Source: Vicugna vicugna
Lineage: Eukaryota
DNA length: 64,000 nucleotides
NCBI GenBank assembly: GCA_013265495.1
Contig: MU058213.1
Location: forward strand, 496,001-560,000
Direction: 5' to 3'
Part shown: positions 36,479 to 51,673 of the stretch, one piece after another
Layout: each line of letters opens with the position of its first letter
Numbering within the stretch: the stretch's first letter is position 1
Notes under the pieces: generated by a model
Told to the model about the DNA's origin: nothing
The model's input: the letters and a program-made list of their open reading frames with translations, nothing else
Database searches by the model: none
Program-made: the position numbers and the translations under genes

Positions 36479-39329
36479 TAAAATACGAACTTTTTATTGA
36501 AGTATAACATGCTTACAGAATATGCACAGATAAGAAGGCTACAGATCAATCAGTTATATAGTGAGCACACCCATGTCATCAGCAGCCAGGTCAAGACATT
36601 ATCAGCACCTCCAGAAGGTCCCTCCATGCTTCCTCCCAGTCACTTTTCTCTTTCTTCTTTCCAAAAGTAACCACCATCATAGCTTTTCATACAGTAGATT
36701 AGTTCTGCTTGTTTTGACATTTATATAAATGGAATCATACAGTCTGTGTATAGTTTTTGTGAGGACCAAATTTGTTAATGAGTGTGGTGAAGTCAGTATA
36801 AAAATCCTTTATGGTGTAATCATTGCATAGGATCGTATGGTGATGTTATTACCAAGCAAGAGATTTCCATTCTCTGTCATGAAGGAGTGGTCCAGAACCA
36901 CAGAGATACGTTTTTGAGTTTGAGCAATCCATCTTACGGAAGCAGACACCACCACCCTAGACTTGATGGGGCCAAGCCTTAAAAGCCATGTTACAGTGTC
37001 ATAGACCTGGAGGAGGGCAAATCTGTCTTCAGCAATTGGGGAACTTTGGTTGCAGAGCTGTATTTTGAAACAGAGCTAAAAGCCACCTCTAGGCTTCTCA
37101 AAGTCACCCTGGGACCTCATCTTTAAATTTGTTGGTCTTGGTTATCCTTAGTCACTGATACGCCTTCCTTCCTTTGGGTCTCATCCCCAAGATCTTAATC
37201 ACATTCCAGGAGATCGTCAGAACAATTCATCTACATCGTATTAGTATTCCTCCCAATCAACCTAAATGTGAATGCCCTCCTTAGCTCTCAAATTCGAGAA
37301 TCTTGTTTTTTTTAAGCTGCCTCTCAAGTGACCTTTTACCCTGAACACCTACCTGGGTTGAGTCCCATGTTTCTTACTTAATGGCTTAATTTCACAGGAG
37401 AGAGACTTTCAGATGAAGGATGCCTTCCCAGACAGTAGAGGTTCTCCTGGTTCTTCTTAAAACAGTTTGCAAACCTGTTAAGAAAGAAAAGCATTTTACC
37501 TTTTTGGTGTATTTAGACTAGTTAGAATCCATAAAATGTGCTGTTGGTGTCTAAACTAAGTCATTTTTCCTACTAAGATGACAGGTCTCGGAGTTCAGTC
37601 CCCAGTGGCAGTATTAGCTTTCTGTGCCAGAGAATGTTATAGGGATTCACTCAGTTCCTTCAGCTCCTTCCAGGTTGTATGCCAAAATCACGTAGTGATC
37701 GCTCATAAATTATTTTTAAAGATCAATCAGATGACTGCTCAGTTTTTTTTTAAAGGAAAAAATTGGGAACCACTAAAAGGAATAGTTATCCAACTACTTT
37801 CTCATATTTGGAGACTAATTAAATGGTGATTAATTATACTTGTTATTTTTTCGCTTAAAATCACACTCTTTGGAGCTAAAATTATGCAGAACTGATGTGA
37901 CAAAAGGGAACCCCATAAAACTGAAAATTGGACATTTCAGGATTTTTCCTTTTGACCACAATCAAAAACTATATACCCATGCCAAATTTTATCTTTCTGG
38001 ATCACCTCAAAATGCCTTAAAAGGCCTGACAGAGTAAGGACACTTGAGAGTTGTTATATAGAAATAAATTAGTAATTTCACTTTGTGATTTGTGAAATGA
38101 TTGTTTATAATTACACATTTTACAGAATTAAAGCATATGTCAACATCTGGGAAGGAGGAATTAACCCTAATTAAGTGAAATTCAAGGCATTATGTCTTTA
38201 GTGCATTTGGGGGAATATTTTGTCCTATACCAGTAAATGTTCTGTTTTTAAGAATTACAGTTTTGTTGACAGCAAAAAGAAGATATTAGGCAGCTAATAA
38301 AAGCACAGCTGACAAAAGATGTATTAAGGATTGTTTTTAAGTGCATTGTTCACAGAATCTACAATCTGCACTTGTTGAGTTCATCTAAATCTAACAAGCT
38401 TATGGTAGGTATCATGGTATCATCAAGCAATCTTAGTAAAAATGAATGGAAGTGACTTTCCTATGAGTCTACTATGTTCAAAATGTTGAGAAACTAGATG
38501 TTTAAGAAAATTAATACAATAACACAATTCCAATAGATGTTCCTTTTACTTGGACATATAGTAAAAAGTTAGGAGGCTTTTTACCTTTTTTTCCTTGAAA
38601 TGTTGCAAAATACGTAACTGAGGCATTGATCAAAAGTGAAGGAGAGTATTCGTGTAGCTCTTCCTCATTCCTGAGAATGGTGAAAATGCAAAGTCTGACT
38701 ATACCGCTGGTTATTATTTCTCGTGTTTTTACGCATCTTGACTATCTTGTCTCCAGGATAGATAAGGCATAGAGCCTTGCCATGAATTTGACACTGAAGA
38801 GAAATAATATGGCCCAGTTTTTAATATTTCTTACTGACTCTCATTTTGCTTTGCTTTCTCTGGAGCCTTCCTCCCCATTTCTAGTATCATACTCCACCTT
38901 TACCTAGTCTAAGACTTTTTTCCCTTGGTGTCCCATACTTCAGAGACTCCAAAGCTATTCTGCACCTTGTGCACCCACTCCAGTGCACCATCAAAGATTT
39001 CCATTCAGGCCACTGACCCTCGAGATTGGGCTCTCCCCTTTTCACAGAGCAAGACTGTTCCCTGTTGGCCTTTAGGGTAGAGCCATCTGTGCTTTCTGGT
39101 GTGTTCCCTTCCCTCCAAGACAAAGGAATGAACGGGGGACAGAACCCAGATAGAGCCTGGGGCGCTCTCTGAGCCGAGGAGACACAGCTGAGCTCCAGAA
39201 AGACCAGGACAGCCAGTGTTCATAGGACAGAGTGCCAGAGAGGAGGGAGGCACACCAAAAGTGTGCTCTGGAGATCTGCAGGGGACTGCCTTTTAGGGTT
39301 CAGCAGAGTACTGATCAGCACATGTGTGT

Positions 39330-40080
39330 GATGAAACTACCCTGGGCCAAAGGAAAAACCATCTGAAAAGATCAGAGATACAGTGCCCCAGCTCGTGCAG
39401 TGCTGGGAATATGTGTTCCCACCAGTTAGACTGGAAAACCTTATCATTCACTGGGCACTGGGACTCAGAAGGGTCTTTCCTCAGTGCTGGAGAAAAAATG
39501 ACTCCTAGACTGAACACTGTTCCAGTCCCACCCAACAAATCTTAAAATCAAGGCCCTAAAGGATCAGGTTGTTTCCAGGTAACTTAATCATGTTCCAGAA
39601 TGAAACTCTAGAATATTTATAGTGACACCAAAACATCCACCACCCAAAAAGTTAAAATTCATAATATCTGGTAGCCAATAAAAAATTACCAGCATGCAAA
39701 GAAGTGGGGAAATTCGATTTGTAAGGAAGAAAAACGATCTATCAATACTAACTGAGCAATGACAGGTGATAAAACCAGCAGGTAAGGATACTAAAACAGT
39801 TATTATAATTATATTTCATATGTTCAAAATGTTAGAGGAATGGAAGATATGAAACAAAAAAAAAGAGGAAAGGGAATAAAGAATTGATGCGACAAATAGA
39901 AAAGATACACTATGCTAACTCTAATCAAAAGAAAGCAAGATTATTCATATTAATATGAGACAAAGTAAATTTCAGAGCAAACAATCATTTTATAATGACA
40001 AAATGGGCAATTCATCAAGAGAACATAATCTTAAGTCAATTAAAAAGAAAAAAGCTAGTAACACAGCCTCACAGTATATG
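39330..40080 (+). mobile_element. Old L1M 5'/ORF1/ORF2-start relic
   Basis: AAAATTCATAATATCTGG...AAAAATTACCAGCATGCAAAGAAG; TATGCTAACTCTAATCAAAAGAAAGC; boundaries uncertain. Confidence 0.55.
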
Positions 40081-43000
40081 GTTCTGAAAAAATTAAAATC
40101 AAAATTCTACAGTAATAAATCACATACAGACATGTGGAAGGGACAGGACACCCAGAATGGGTATGTTTATCCAGGGAAAATTTCCTATAAAACATGAGCG
40201 ATGAACAATCCATCAGGCTTACTTCTTACTCCAAAGGAGCAATGAGTGAACCGAACAAAAGATACAGTGACCAGTCTGCAAAGGAGATGCCAGCTTCTGC
40301 ATGACTAATTTAGGCAGCCCATTCTACCTAGCGGTGCCTGAGACCACTTTTTAGAGGTATGTCACGGATATTTAGAACTCACTAGATTTGAGTACAAAAC
40401 AGAGCCAGTCTTTATCTTGAATTTAGTGGAAACAAACTGCCCACTGGCAATTACACAATCCTGTTGATTAAGGCAAGTTTTAACTATGACCTTTCTGGTT
40501 TACTAAGGAATCAGAAATCCTTTCCTTTCCTCCAAAGAAATCATGTCTCCGGGCAGTGAGCTGGGCAATCGTAGGGCTCGCTTTATTTGTCATCTCTCAG
40601 GGGATTGCTGTTCTTTTATGCCTGATGATCAGCATTCTTGAAAACTTTTTGTTATTTTGTCCATTTTGGGGTTTCAGTCATGGGTAAACCCTGCCCCTAT
40701 TACTCCGTCTTGGTCAGAAGTGGAAGTCTCCAGAATCATATGTAGATGTCCTGTTTCCCCAACTAGAGTATAAGCTCCTTAGAGTAAAGGATCTCTTATT
40801 TTATTTTTCTTATGGTGTCTTTCTAGCTCATTATGTAGTATATACAAACTCACCAAACATTTGTTGAATAAATAAGCATTTATTGGAGATTGTATTGTAG
40901 TATTGAGCAAGTATCATGTGCTGTTAGGTTAAAGCAAGAATGTCTTTCCAAGATCTGCCCCCTCATCCTTTGGTTTTGTTGGTTTGAGATTTGTGCACTT
41001 GCTGTCAAAAGGAAGTCCCAGAGCCCCTTGTGGAGATTACAGTGGCCTAGTTGCCTTAAAGCTTTTCTGGAACAAGGTAACTTATAAACATACACATAGT
41101 AAAATGAGCTAGGGCCTTTCACCTCTGTAGAAATGAAATGACTAATGACATCTCTGTAGTTTTTATATACTCAACAAGGATGAGATGACTAACGTAATTC
41201 TTAACATTGTGATTGCTGTAACTTGCTATCAGGGCAGAAGAGATGAGGACTAGTGAAGAAAGGTCCTGGCAGTAAAATTAACATGGTTCACGATGTCTTA
41301 CTGATTTTGGAACAATAACAAGGGTCTTAGCAAGATACTCTTACCCCCTCCTCCTCTTGGCACAAACACAGGTGTGGATAAACGCCATATATTTAAGTTA
41401 CTATTATATGAATTCTTATCTTGATTTCTTGTGTTTCCTTAGATGCCATTTTGTAGTTGCAGAAACATTACTGAACTGTTTCAACATTCTTAGCAACCAA
41501 GAGTCATAGCCCTGTTTTTGTTTTGTTTCATTTGGGAGTGGGGAGCATGTCATTTCATACTTGTCTGAGAGATTTTTTCTGATCTCATCATTGCTTATTT
41601 GCATGTTTTGCTACAATGTAAAGAACTGAAATTTTAGCTTTTAAAAAAATCCAGTTTGGGGCTTTGCTTTGTTAAATAAGGAAATTAAAATTATTTGGAT
41701 AGAGTGCTGTCTACTGAAGAATAAAAGTGAATAATCTTTTTTTAGACATGTTATTTCAAATAAATACAAATATTGAAAGTTATAAGTCAGGGCTTTGGGG
41801 CCATATTTCAAGGAGAGGAAAAGGAAAATTAGATCAATACAGGATTACTCATCCTAATCTTTTCAGAGCTATAATTATACAGATTAGCACTTTATCAACC
41901 TGAGTAGGCAAGAATCAGAATCATGCAGGGAGCTTTTGCAAAAATATTCATGTCTAGTCAATCTACATTTCCTGAGTTTAAGAACCACTGATACAGATAC
42001 GTGTTCAGTCCTCCTGGATTGTTTGTTTTGGAAAACACTCTGTTTTATGTCTCTCTTACATAGACATGCAAGAAATTCCAGAGGAATTAAGAATAAAGAA
42101 TTAACAGGTGTCTGTTATGTTTATCGTATACGAGTTCCTTTGTGTATCTAAATCATTTTAGCAGAATGAGACTGAAACTTCTATAAAGAATAATCTTTGA
42201 TTTGAAAAAAACAGATTAGAAGAAAGACGATCATAATAAAATGGAGTACCAACAAGTTTGTTAACAGATGGTTTTGGATAAAAGCAGTATCAAAATCACG
42301 CATTTCCCTACCCGCTGCAAACAACCACGCACACACCCTACATAATGCCTCTACATCTAATAAAAGCCTAACATTTCACTCATCCTGCAAGACACTGAAG
42401 GCAGTAATCACATTAACCATTATAATGGAGATTTATTTATCAGCATTTCATAGTAATTAAGATTTTTAATTTAAATCTAATTGATATGAGACTGATTCAA
42501 ATTAACACACGTGTTTAGAAAGGTGTTTTCTGTTAATATGGAACCGATCCAACAGTTTGCTAATTATGTATTTCTCAGAAAACAGCTGATTTTTTAATTG
42601 ACATATAGTCAATTTACAGTGTTGCATTAATTTCTAGTGTACAGCATAGTGATTCAGTTATACATATATATATGCATATTCTTTTTAAGATTCTTTTCCA
42701 TTATAGGTTATTACAAGATAATAAATATAGTTCTCTGTGCTATACATAGGACCTTCTTATTTTGTGTTGCTTTGTTATTCCTAATGGGATTCATTTTGTA
42801 TTTATAAATACTAGCAAAAGTTTATGTATGGGAAAATAGATATGAATAATACCTCTATGGAATGTGGGTAAGGATTACAAAAATAAACATTTTAGATTTT
42901 TGTAACGCTTTTGATTCCATTGGGTCCTAGAATAAGACATGGGCAGCTGTTTGATAGCTTATGTAGTTTCATTTACTGAGTGAATACTGTAATCCATTGG

Positions 43001-43807
43001 TTCTTGACCTTGGCTGCTATGCATTAGAATCCCTCAAGAGCTTTTGAAAATCCAGATGTCCCTTACAGCACATTAGACCAAGTCAGTCAGAACCACTGGT
43101 GACAGGACTCGGACATCAGAATTTATGAAAGTTTCCCCATTGAATCCAGCGTACAGCCAACATTAGCCACTGCCATAGACACTGAAAATGCAGGAAAGAT
43201 TTTACTCAGGAAAATGTAATTATCCTGAAATGACAATCCAGGCATGCCATCTGAATTGTAAGGCACTTTCATTGTTATATCAGCCACTGTGAAAAGTAAT
43301 ATGGAATATCAGGATGTCACAATTTGGATTTGCCTTCATCTGTGAACCAGTGAGAAAAGATTATCTAGTAATCACCAGAACTCCAAAATTTGGTACTAAA
43401 AAGATAAATTGTATACCATTATACATTTGTTTGAGGGGAAAGGACCACTGCTACAGAGTTAGGTTTGAAAGCCACTAGTTTGTTGGAAAAAGCACTGGGT
43501 TGAGAGTGTGAGAACCCATGTTCTCCTGTTAACTTTGCTGTGTAACTTTGAACCAGGGTATTTATATTATACTTTCTATGATGAGGTAGTTGAGCTGGAA
43601 GTGGTCATCATATTTGCTTCATCAACAAGTTGGACTGCCTTCTGTGTGCGAGGCAGGGATGTAGGGATGGAACAGAACAGAACATTGAAAAGCTCAGAGA
43701 GGACAGACGAGCATGCGAAAATGTGTAAGTGAGGCTGTAGTGAAATGTTCAGGGGATTCAGGGAGCAGAGAAGTGTACTTCATCTGGTTCAATATTGGGA
43801 CAAATGT

Positions 43808-44461
43808 TGTAGTTGCCTGTTCAGCAACCATTCACAGATTCCTTCTTCCTAACTGGCAGAACTGTCTCTGAAACTGAAAATGTCAGATGCTTTCTTTTCT
43901 AGCTCCCCTTGCAGGTGGGGGATGGACATGTGACCCAGTGCTGGTCCGTGAGACCAGAGGAGAAATCTGTTGAATATTTTTCTTTATAAAAATTGGTGAT
44001 TGAGAAAAATGCCCTTCCTTCCTGTCCTGATCTTCCTGCATGAGGATGTGATACTTAGTGCTGCAAAGATCACCTTGAGACTAAAGGCCTGAGAACAAAG
44101 GCCTCCTTGCTGGTTATAGTCAAAGAGAAATGTGGAGCCTGGATCTTTAATGTTAACATGGAGCTGCTGAACCAACCCGATAGCCATCTACCTGTGGGCA
44201 TTTTAAGTGAGATAAAAATACTTATTGTTTGAACCCTTGCTGCTCTGACAGTGGTCTGGATCAGCGGTATCAGCATCGCCTGGGAGGTTGGTTAGAAATA
44301 CAAATTCCTAGAGCTCACATCGGACCTACTGCGTCAGAATATGCACTTTAATAAGACCACTAGGTGGATAAGATGCACATTAAAGCTTGAGAAGCACCGG
44401 TTTAAACCACTTTGAATTAGGCATTCTGTTATATACAGTTTAAAACATCCTTAATAATATA
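43808..44461. mobile_element. MLT1-like MaLR LTR containing a MER5A1-like insert (about 44245-44400)
   Basis: CCCCTTGCAGGTGGGG...CATGTGACCCAG, CTGCTGAACCAACC and GGCATTCTGTTA motifs; the inner element has GACCTACTGCGTCAGAAT...CACATTAAAGCTTGAGAAGCAC. Confidence 0.65.
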
Positions 44462-44834
44462 ATTACATTGTGGATTTGGCCAAGTCTCATTTTTTAAATA
44501 AGAAAATACTTGACCGGAAAGACTTCTGATTCAGATGTTGAGAGTTGCAAGAGACTTTTTATTCTCACCAAAACAAGCAATATAAATATAAGCTACATAA
44601 TCATAGTTTTTTTTTTTTAAACTGTATCAGAAAGCTTGAAGACACAAATCTAAGTGACTCCAGAGAGTGGCAAGCCCTCCATAAAAGAGGTAATCCAGTC
44701 TGCCTTCTTTCCTGACTAAAATGTAGAGGAAAGGAGGAAACCACCATAGTACGGAGAAACCAGCCTCGCTTTTAAACTTTGAATGACTGTGTACGGGCTC
44801 GCATGCCAGATTGGAAACCAGAGAAGCCCTAGAG

Positions 44835-45019
44835 CAGTGCTGTCCACTAGAACCTTCTGCCGTGATAGACATGTGCTAACCACCGTGGTCGCTGGTAGCC
44901 AGATGTGGCTATTGAGCACTTGAAATGTGGCTCGTGGGACTGAGAAACTGCATTTTTAATTTTAATTAATGTAGACAAATAGTCACATGTGGCCGGTGGC
45001 TACCATGTTGACAGTGCGG
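44835..45019. mobile_element. MER3-like hAT-Charlie DNA transposon with intact 8-bp TSD
   Basis: CAGTGCTGTCCACTAGAACC...ATGTGGCTATTGAGCACTTGAAATGTGGCT...; CCCTAGAG at 44827-44834 and 45020-45027. Confidence 0.88.
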
Positions 45020-46444
45020 CCCTAGAGACAGCGCCAGGCTGCGCCGCCCCCCAGTCCTCTGCCACCCGTCTGCACTTAGTGCTGGGGTGTTACTCCAAGA
45101 ACCGAGGCAGTGAAGCAGAGCTGAGAGAAAATGCCTGAGGCGTAGGTTTTCAGCTGGGGAGATAGAGGGGAGCTGGGAGAAATCCCTTTCAGGCCATTTC
45201 CAGCTTCACAAAGTGTAGGGCAGACAACAACAAGAGTGGGGCCGAAAGATCTGCCAAGGGCCAAAAAGTCGGGGGTGGACCTGGAAAACAGCTCCTGGAA
45301 GGAGCAGGCTCGCTCCTTTACAGTTCAGAACAGCAGACAGCTCAGGAGATTCCAGAACCTCACCAGTTCTAATCCCATGCCTTGCTGAGGATTTAAGTCC
45401 TGATCCTGTCCTCAAAATGTCTGAATCCAGTGAGGAAATGAATCAAACTAAAGTTGCCACAAGAAGCCCAGGTTCAGCTCAACTGTAGAGCACGTTATGT
45501 CAGCCCTGGCCCGAGCGGCAGGCTCCTTGCTGGAATTAGATCTCATTTCCTTTAGTCTCTGCTGTAGTTTTATACAAAACTTCCTGGTACGAAGTCAAAG
45601 ATCTTAAGACAAAAGACGCATGTGGCCCCTAGTCAAGAAAAGTAAACAATCAGTAGAAGACCCAGAGATGACCCAGACGTTGGTGTTATCAGTCAGGAGC
45701 TTTTTAACTATGACACAAATGCCATAGAATCTGGTGGACAAGGTGCACAGCATGTGTGAAGAGATGAGGAATTTCAGGAGAGACAGGGAGACTTTTTTTT
45801 TAAAGAACCAAATAAAAATGCTAAAAATAAATGTCATGTCAGAAATTAAGATCCTTTAGATGGGCTTAGCTGAAAATACCTGACCAGCTTTGGGCAGATT
45901 CCTGGGAGCAGTCTGTATTGTGGAAGAATTCCTTATGAGTTACACCGATATTTACTTTGAACAAGAATTAACACACCACTCATTATACTGGTTATTAAGC
46001 CCACAAACATTTCTTTTGATAGAGCACTGCATACATTCATCAGGCCACATAGTCTCACATATTTTCCTGGTAATTTTCTGATAGAAAAGAAAATAATTGG
46101 CACTTGTGTGAATCCACACATAGACTTTTCATGTTGGCAACTTTGCATTGAACATATGATCATAAAATACTGATTTTCACGTGATAAATACTGTAGTTTT
46201 CTGGAGTAACTAGTTTCTTAACAGGTAACCCTGTTAGTGTCCATTGAGGCTTAAGGAATAGTGACAGGAAGTTTCAGGCTGCCACTCAGGACATACAGGA
46301 AATTTCTTTGCAATTAGAACTTGAATTTCTAGAATGATCATTGCCTCTGCCATCCCTCAAGTGACTATAGCAGTTTTTTCCTTAGGGAAGTGAATTCTTT
46401 TTTCCCTTTAATCTCTTTAAAGTTTTATAATTTTTTAATTTACA

Positions 46445-47415
46445 CTTTTTTTATTAAAGTGTCCTTGATTTACAGTATTGTGTTAGTTTCTGTTGTACAG
46501 CATAAAGATTCAGTTATACATAAATATTGTTTCATTGTAGGTTGTTACAAGATATTGAATATAGTTAGTTCCATGTGCTATGCTATAGGATCTTGTGGTT
46601 TATCTGTTTTATATATTGTAGTTTGTATCTGCAAATCCCAGACTCCTAATTTATCCATCCCCTCTTCTTCCCTTTGGTAACCATAAGTTTGTTTTTTGTC
46701 TGTGAGTCTGCTTCTGTTTTGTAAATAAGTTCACTGTATCATTTATTTAGATTCCATGTATAAATGATATCATGTAATAGTTGTCTTTTTCTTTCTGACT
46801 TACTTCGCTTAGTATGATACTCTCTAGGTCCATCTATGTTGCTGAAAATGACATTATTTCATTTTTATGGCTGTGTAGTATTCCATTGTATATATATACC
46901 ACAACTTTATGCAGTCATCTGTCCGTGGACATTTACGTTGTATCCATGTCTTGGCTATTGTAAATAGTGCTATTATGAATACGGAGGTGCATCTATCTTT
47001 CGAATTAAGAGTTTTATCTGGATATATGCCCAAGAGTGGGATTGCTGGATCATAGGGTGACTATTTTTAGTTGTTTATGGAATCTCCATACTGTTCTCCA
47101 TAGTGGCTACACCAATTTACGTTCCCACCAGCAGTGTAGGAGGGTTCCTTTTTCTCTATATCCTTTCCAGCATTTATCATTTGTGGACTTTTTAATGATG
47201 ACCATTCTGACCAGTGTGGAGTGATGCCTCATTGTAGTTTTGATTTGCATTTCTCTGATAATTAGAAATATTGAGCATCTTTTCATGTGCCTGTTGGCCA
47301 TCTGTATGTCTTTACTGGAGAAATGTCTATTTAGGTCTTCTGCCCATTTTCTGATTGGGCTGGGTTGGGTTTTTTGGTTTGTTTTTTGTTTTTTTGGTTA
47401 TTAAGTTGTTTGTAT
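46445..47415 (-). mobile_element. 5'-truncated L1 (about 1 kb)
   Basis: Minus-strand ORF2 fragment [10 protein letters not shown]...[12 protein letters not shown]...KCWKG...GTLLHCWWE plus L1 3' UTR and tail. Confidence 0.9.
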
Positions 47416-47697
47416 GTTTTATACATGTATTTTTTTATTTAGTATTTATAGAATAACTCATAATTACTCCAAAAAGAGCCTATTTTTATTTTCACAAATG
47501 GGAAATTTCTCAGCTGATTACGTTTTTTCATTGCAACTTATATGGCCAAAGTATTGCCTTGGAAGCTTACAAATACATACTGAAGATGAAACATTTCACC
47601 TTCATGTGCACATACTTCTAATAACTTTTGTTAGAATAAAATGGTAATGAGTTACCAGCAGTAATCATAAAATTAACGAACTGCTTTATTTCTACAG

Positions 47698-47820
47698 GAA
47701 AAATATTTATCCCTAAGCAGAAACCTATACAGACTTTTACAGAAGAAAAAATATCTCTTGATCCAGAATTAGAAGAAGCTTTGACAAGTGCTTCTGATAC
47801 AGAATTGTGTGACCTCGCAG
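47698..47820 (+). CDS. TMOD3: Tropomodulin-3 coding exon 3
   Basis: CAG|GA; (G)KIFIPKQKPIQTFTEEKISLDPELEEALTSASDTELCDLA; G|GTATCT. Confidence 0.96.
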
Positions 47821-49086
47821 GTATCTCCTAAAACAAACTAATCTGTGAATGAGCGTAGAGGGGAGGGGATGCCGGCACACACACATCTATATTTGCCTAA
47901 TGAAGTGCTGTTGAATAAGTAACCATATATTTGACTTTGTTTTTTACACTGTAATCTGACATTAAGGGCTTTGTTTCTTTAAATTCTCTTATTGGTGAGA
48001 TTTTCATGTTGATGGAATGTATTGATTACTTGACATCTTTTCCCATGTTGCCATCTTTGAAAGTTTTTATAAAAATCTTTCACAGCTGCTGGTGCTCAGC
48101 TAGAAGCTGCCTCCAGGGTCTACTGCTGTCCCATTTTATCAGCAGACCCAAAGACAGATAACTGGAACTTAGATAAAATAGTCCGGAGCTATACTCACCA
48201 CTTCCCCAACTTTTCTGAAGTGTATAGGGAACAGTCTAAACCCCCCTGTGATTTTCATCATTACCAGTTTCTTATCTGCCCCTACCTATGACCACCCGCA
48301 TCCATTTTCGTAGAGAGAAACGTATGATGCCTGGGGAGAGCTTAGTACCAAATAACCCCAAGAACATGTTTAAAAAGAGCAGTGATGGTTCTTTGGGGAG
48401 GACCCAGGAACCCAGTCAAGGTCTGGTACCACAGCTAGAGTGGGTGTCTTACTCACTGGGGTGCTGAGGACTGATGGATTTGTAAATGATGGATTCATCA
48501 CAGTGGAAGGGCCAGAGGCATACTGTAGCTTCTGCCTCATTTTGTGCAAAAGTGCATCAAAAACAAAACCAAATTTGTCTCTCCTCCTAAGTGTCATTTC
48601 TGAGGGATGCCACTTTAATCTTAAACATGGGAATTCAACTATACTTTTATATTCCATTCATAGCTGAAATACAAATGTAAATTAATATGAGAGTTAAGGT
48701 TAAATTGAAAATCTGCCTTGTATTGCATTAAGTTTGGAAAAACCTTGTGAGGATGAACAGCCAACAATAGATCATTTCCACTTTCTCTCTTGGCCACCAG
48801 ATGGAGCTAAGTAAGCATAGATGTATGTTTAGGGTAAGGCTGGCTCCTACATTGTCTGAATTCAGAAATGTAGATGGGGAGAAATTACAAGACTATTGAT
48901 AAGAAAGAGACTGTAGGTGGTTTCTAATCACGTTGCCTCCTTTTTTGGCTGCAAAGTGTGTATTTAATTGAGTAGGAAAATGTATGGAGAATGTTAAAAT
49001 CATTGGTAGGAATTTTGGAATAAAATTCTTTATGTTTAAAATTGATGGAAACAAAAAAATAACTTTCCTTTTCTATATAAATATAG

Positions 49087-49176
49087 CTATTCTTGGGATG
49101 CACAATTTGATAACGAATACACAGTTCTGCGACGTAGTGGGAAGTAGTAATGGTGTCGACCAAGAACATTTTTCAA
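49087..49176 (+). CDS. TMOD3: Tropomodulin-3 coding exon 4
   Basis: TAG|CT; (A)ILGMHNLITNTQFCDVVGSSNGVDQEHFS; A|GTGAGT. Confidence 0.96.
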
Positions 49177-50842
49177 GTGAGTACTTACAGTGCTTTGTGA
49201 ATTCCAGTCCATTGTTAATTATGTTTTGTTTTCTCCATGTAACGACTTCAGTATATTCATACTAAATGTTAGGCATTTGTGCTTGAAACCTAAGATTCCA
49301 GCTAGATAGTATTGACATTGAAAATAGAACATTCAATATTTTATGCTTAATGTGTCAGCAAATGTAACAGGAAGTCCCTTCTCACTTCACCAAATAATAC
49401 TAATGGTAAACACTATAAAAGCTACCCAAACTTGGCTTTTATTGACATTTTGTTTTCAATGTTACTGATTTTCAAGAAATCCACAGCAGTGCCAACAAAG
49501 AAAGTACATTATAAAATTAGATTCAGGAGGAACCACAGAACTCTTCAGCCCCTAAACCTTTTAGTCTGATACAAAGTAGTAGCCTAAAGAAAAGGTTTTT
49601 TAAAAATTTATTTATAGATGTTTTTAAATTACCAAAGTAATGCATACTTTTGTAGTAAATTTAAACACGAACTAAGTGCTTAAGGTAAGAAGTAAAAGTG
49701 TCTCTGTTCACAGCCGTCATGCTTGCTCACACCCCGCCTCCACCCCCACCCCTAACTGTTAACAGTTTGGAATATATCCTTCTAGAGTTTGTATTATGCT
49801 TATATGAACTTATATGTGTATCCATGTTATACACAAATAGTCTTGTTTTTTACAAAAAAGTGGTATCATAGATATTTCTTGTAACTTAATTTTTCAATAA
49901 TAATGCTATTGGCTAATTTTGGGGAATGCTTACCATGGGTCATGTGACAGCTCTTGAATATGAATTGTTCTCAATCTTCACAACAGTTCTGTAAAATTAA
50001 GTATTATTATTGTCTTTAATTTGCATGTGAAGAAGCTGAGGTTTTAGGATGATTAAGTAACTAGCTTCAGTATCCCAAGAGGATGATGGTAAGGATTTTA
50101 ATCCAGGCTGTGTAGTCTGTCACTTAGCATTGTATCACATTCCTAGGTAGCACGTACAGATTTACCTCATTCAGACATCTGTATAACATTCCAATTTATG
50201 AATGTTCTATAATTGCCCATTCCCCTATTTTTTAAAACTTTTTATTGTAGAAATATTCCAGCATACATAATAGAAGAGGGAATAATATATCCATCATCCA
50301 GCTTCAGCTGTTTTTCACGATTCACTGGCCACGTTTCTTCCACCGTCTGCCTCCCTCCCACGCCTTGCACTTTTTTCCCTGGACTGTCTTAAAGCAAATC
50401 CTGTTTGTTTGTATAACTTCCTTCATAACTATTTCCATATGTATCTCTCACAAAGGCTTGTCTTGTAACATAACCACAATATTATCAAACTAAAAAACTA
50501 CCAATAATTCCTTCATATCATCTAATACCCAGTCCATGTGCAGATTTCTCGTGTTCTCTCAAAAACGTCATTTCACAGTTGGTTTGTTCAGGATTCAAGT
50601 AAGGGTCACACGCTGCATTTAGTTGTCATTTGGTCTCAGTTCCTCTTAATCTCTTAACAGTCCTCCTTAACTTCTCTCCCTCTTTCTTCATGCCATTTAT
50701 TCTTAAAGAAATGGGGCCAACATGTAGAATCTTCCACATTCTGGATTTGGCTGATTACAACCTTTTGGTATCATTTTACATGTTTCTCTTTCTCCTGTGT
50801 TTCTGTAAACTTATTTTCTAGAGGCTTGATCAAATTCAGGCA

Positions 50843-50844
<2 letters not shown>

Positions 50845-50884
<40 letters not shown>
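50845..50884. repeat. (GT)20 microsatellite
   Basis: Directly visible; a shorter (GT)n lies at about 51439-51460. Confidence 0.97.
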
Positions 50885-50887
<3 letters not shown>

Positions 50888-51542
50888 ATGCTTCCTTGGT
50901 GGTGATTAAATCACATTAGGAAGTATATCAAGTCTGGTCATTTGTGGAAAATCTTAAGATTGATCCGTGAACTCAAATGTTGGCAGCCTGGTCCATGCAT
51001 TTAAAATCCCCCATGAACCTTTCTTAATGGTTTCAGCACCCGGTTGACTGGATCCATTATTTCATTATAGAGCAAGTCTCTTTAAATACACACATTCTAC
51101 GGAAAGGGGAAGAAATCTCTTGGTTTTATAAAATTTAGAATTGAGGAAGAGCATATTATAACTTTATCTTGAACATTGCTAAAAATAAATGGGATCACCA
51201 GCTTGTGTTATCAAATATGTTTTTGTGGTAAAGATACCTTGTAATATGCCAAGAGGCAAGAGGAAGTAAAAATACTCATTTTTGAAGGCTGATATATTGC
51301 AAACAAATTGAATGTTGAATTAAGTTTGGTATTTATATTCAGTAAAATTTTATTTGAGTGCTTTATGTGTCAACACATGCAGGATCTTTTGGGAATTTGG
51401 AGGAAGAAACTTACAAATTAGTTCTACCAAAGAAGGTTGTGTGTGTGTGTGTGTGTGTGTTGTATGTTTCCAAAGTAATGTATGCATTCACTGTGATAGT
51501 GTCAACCAGTGACTCTCTCTCTCTTTTCATTTGTTACTACAG

Positions 51543-51673
51543 ATGTGGTAAAAGGTGAAAAGATTCTTCCAGTATTTGATGAGCCCCCAAATCCAACCAA
51601 TGTTGAAGAGAGTTTAAAAAGAATTAAAGAAAATGATGTTCATCTTGTTGAAGTTAATTTGAATAATATAAAG
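51543..51673 (+). CDS. TMOD3: Tropomodulin-3 coding exon 5
   Basis: CAG|AT; (N)VVKGEKILPVFDEPPNPTNVEESLKRIKENDVHLVEVNLNNIK; AAG|GTAGGT. Confidence 0.97.
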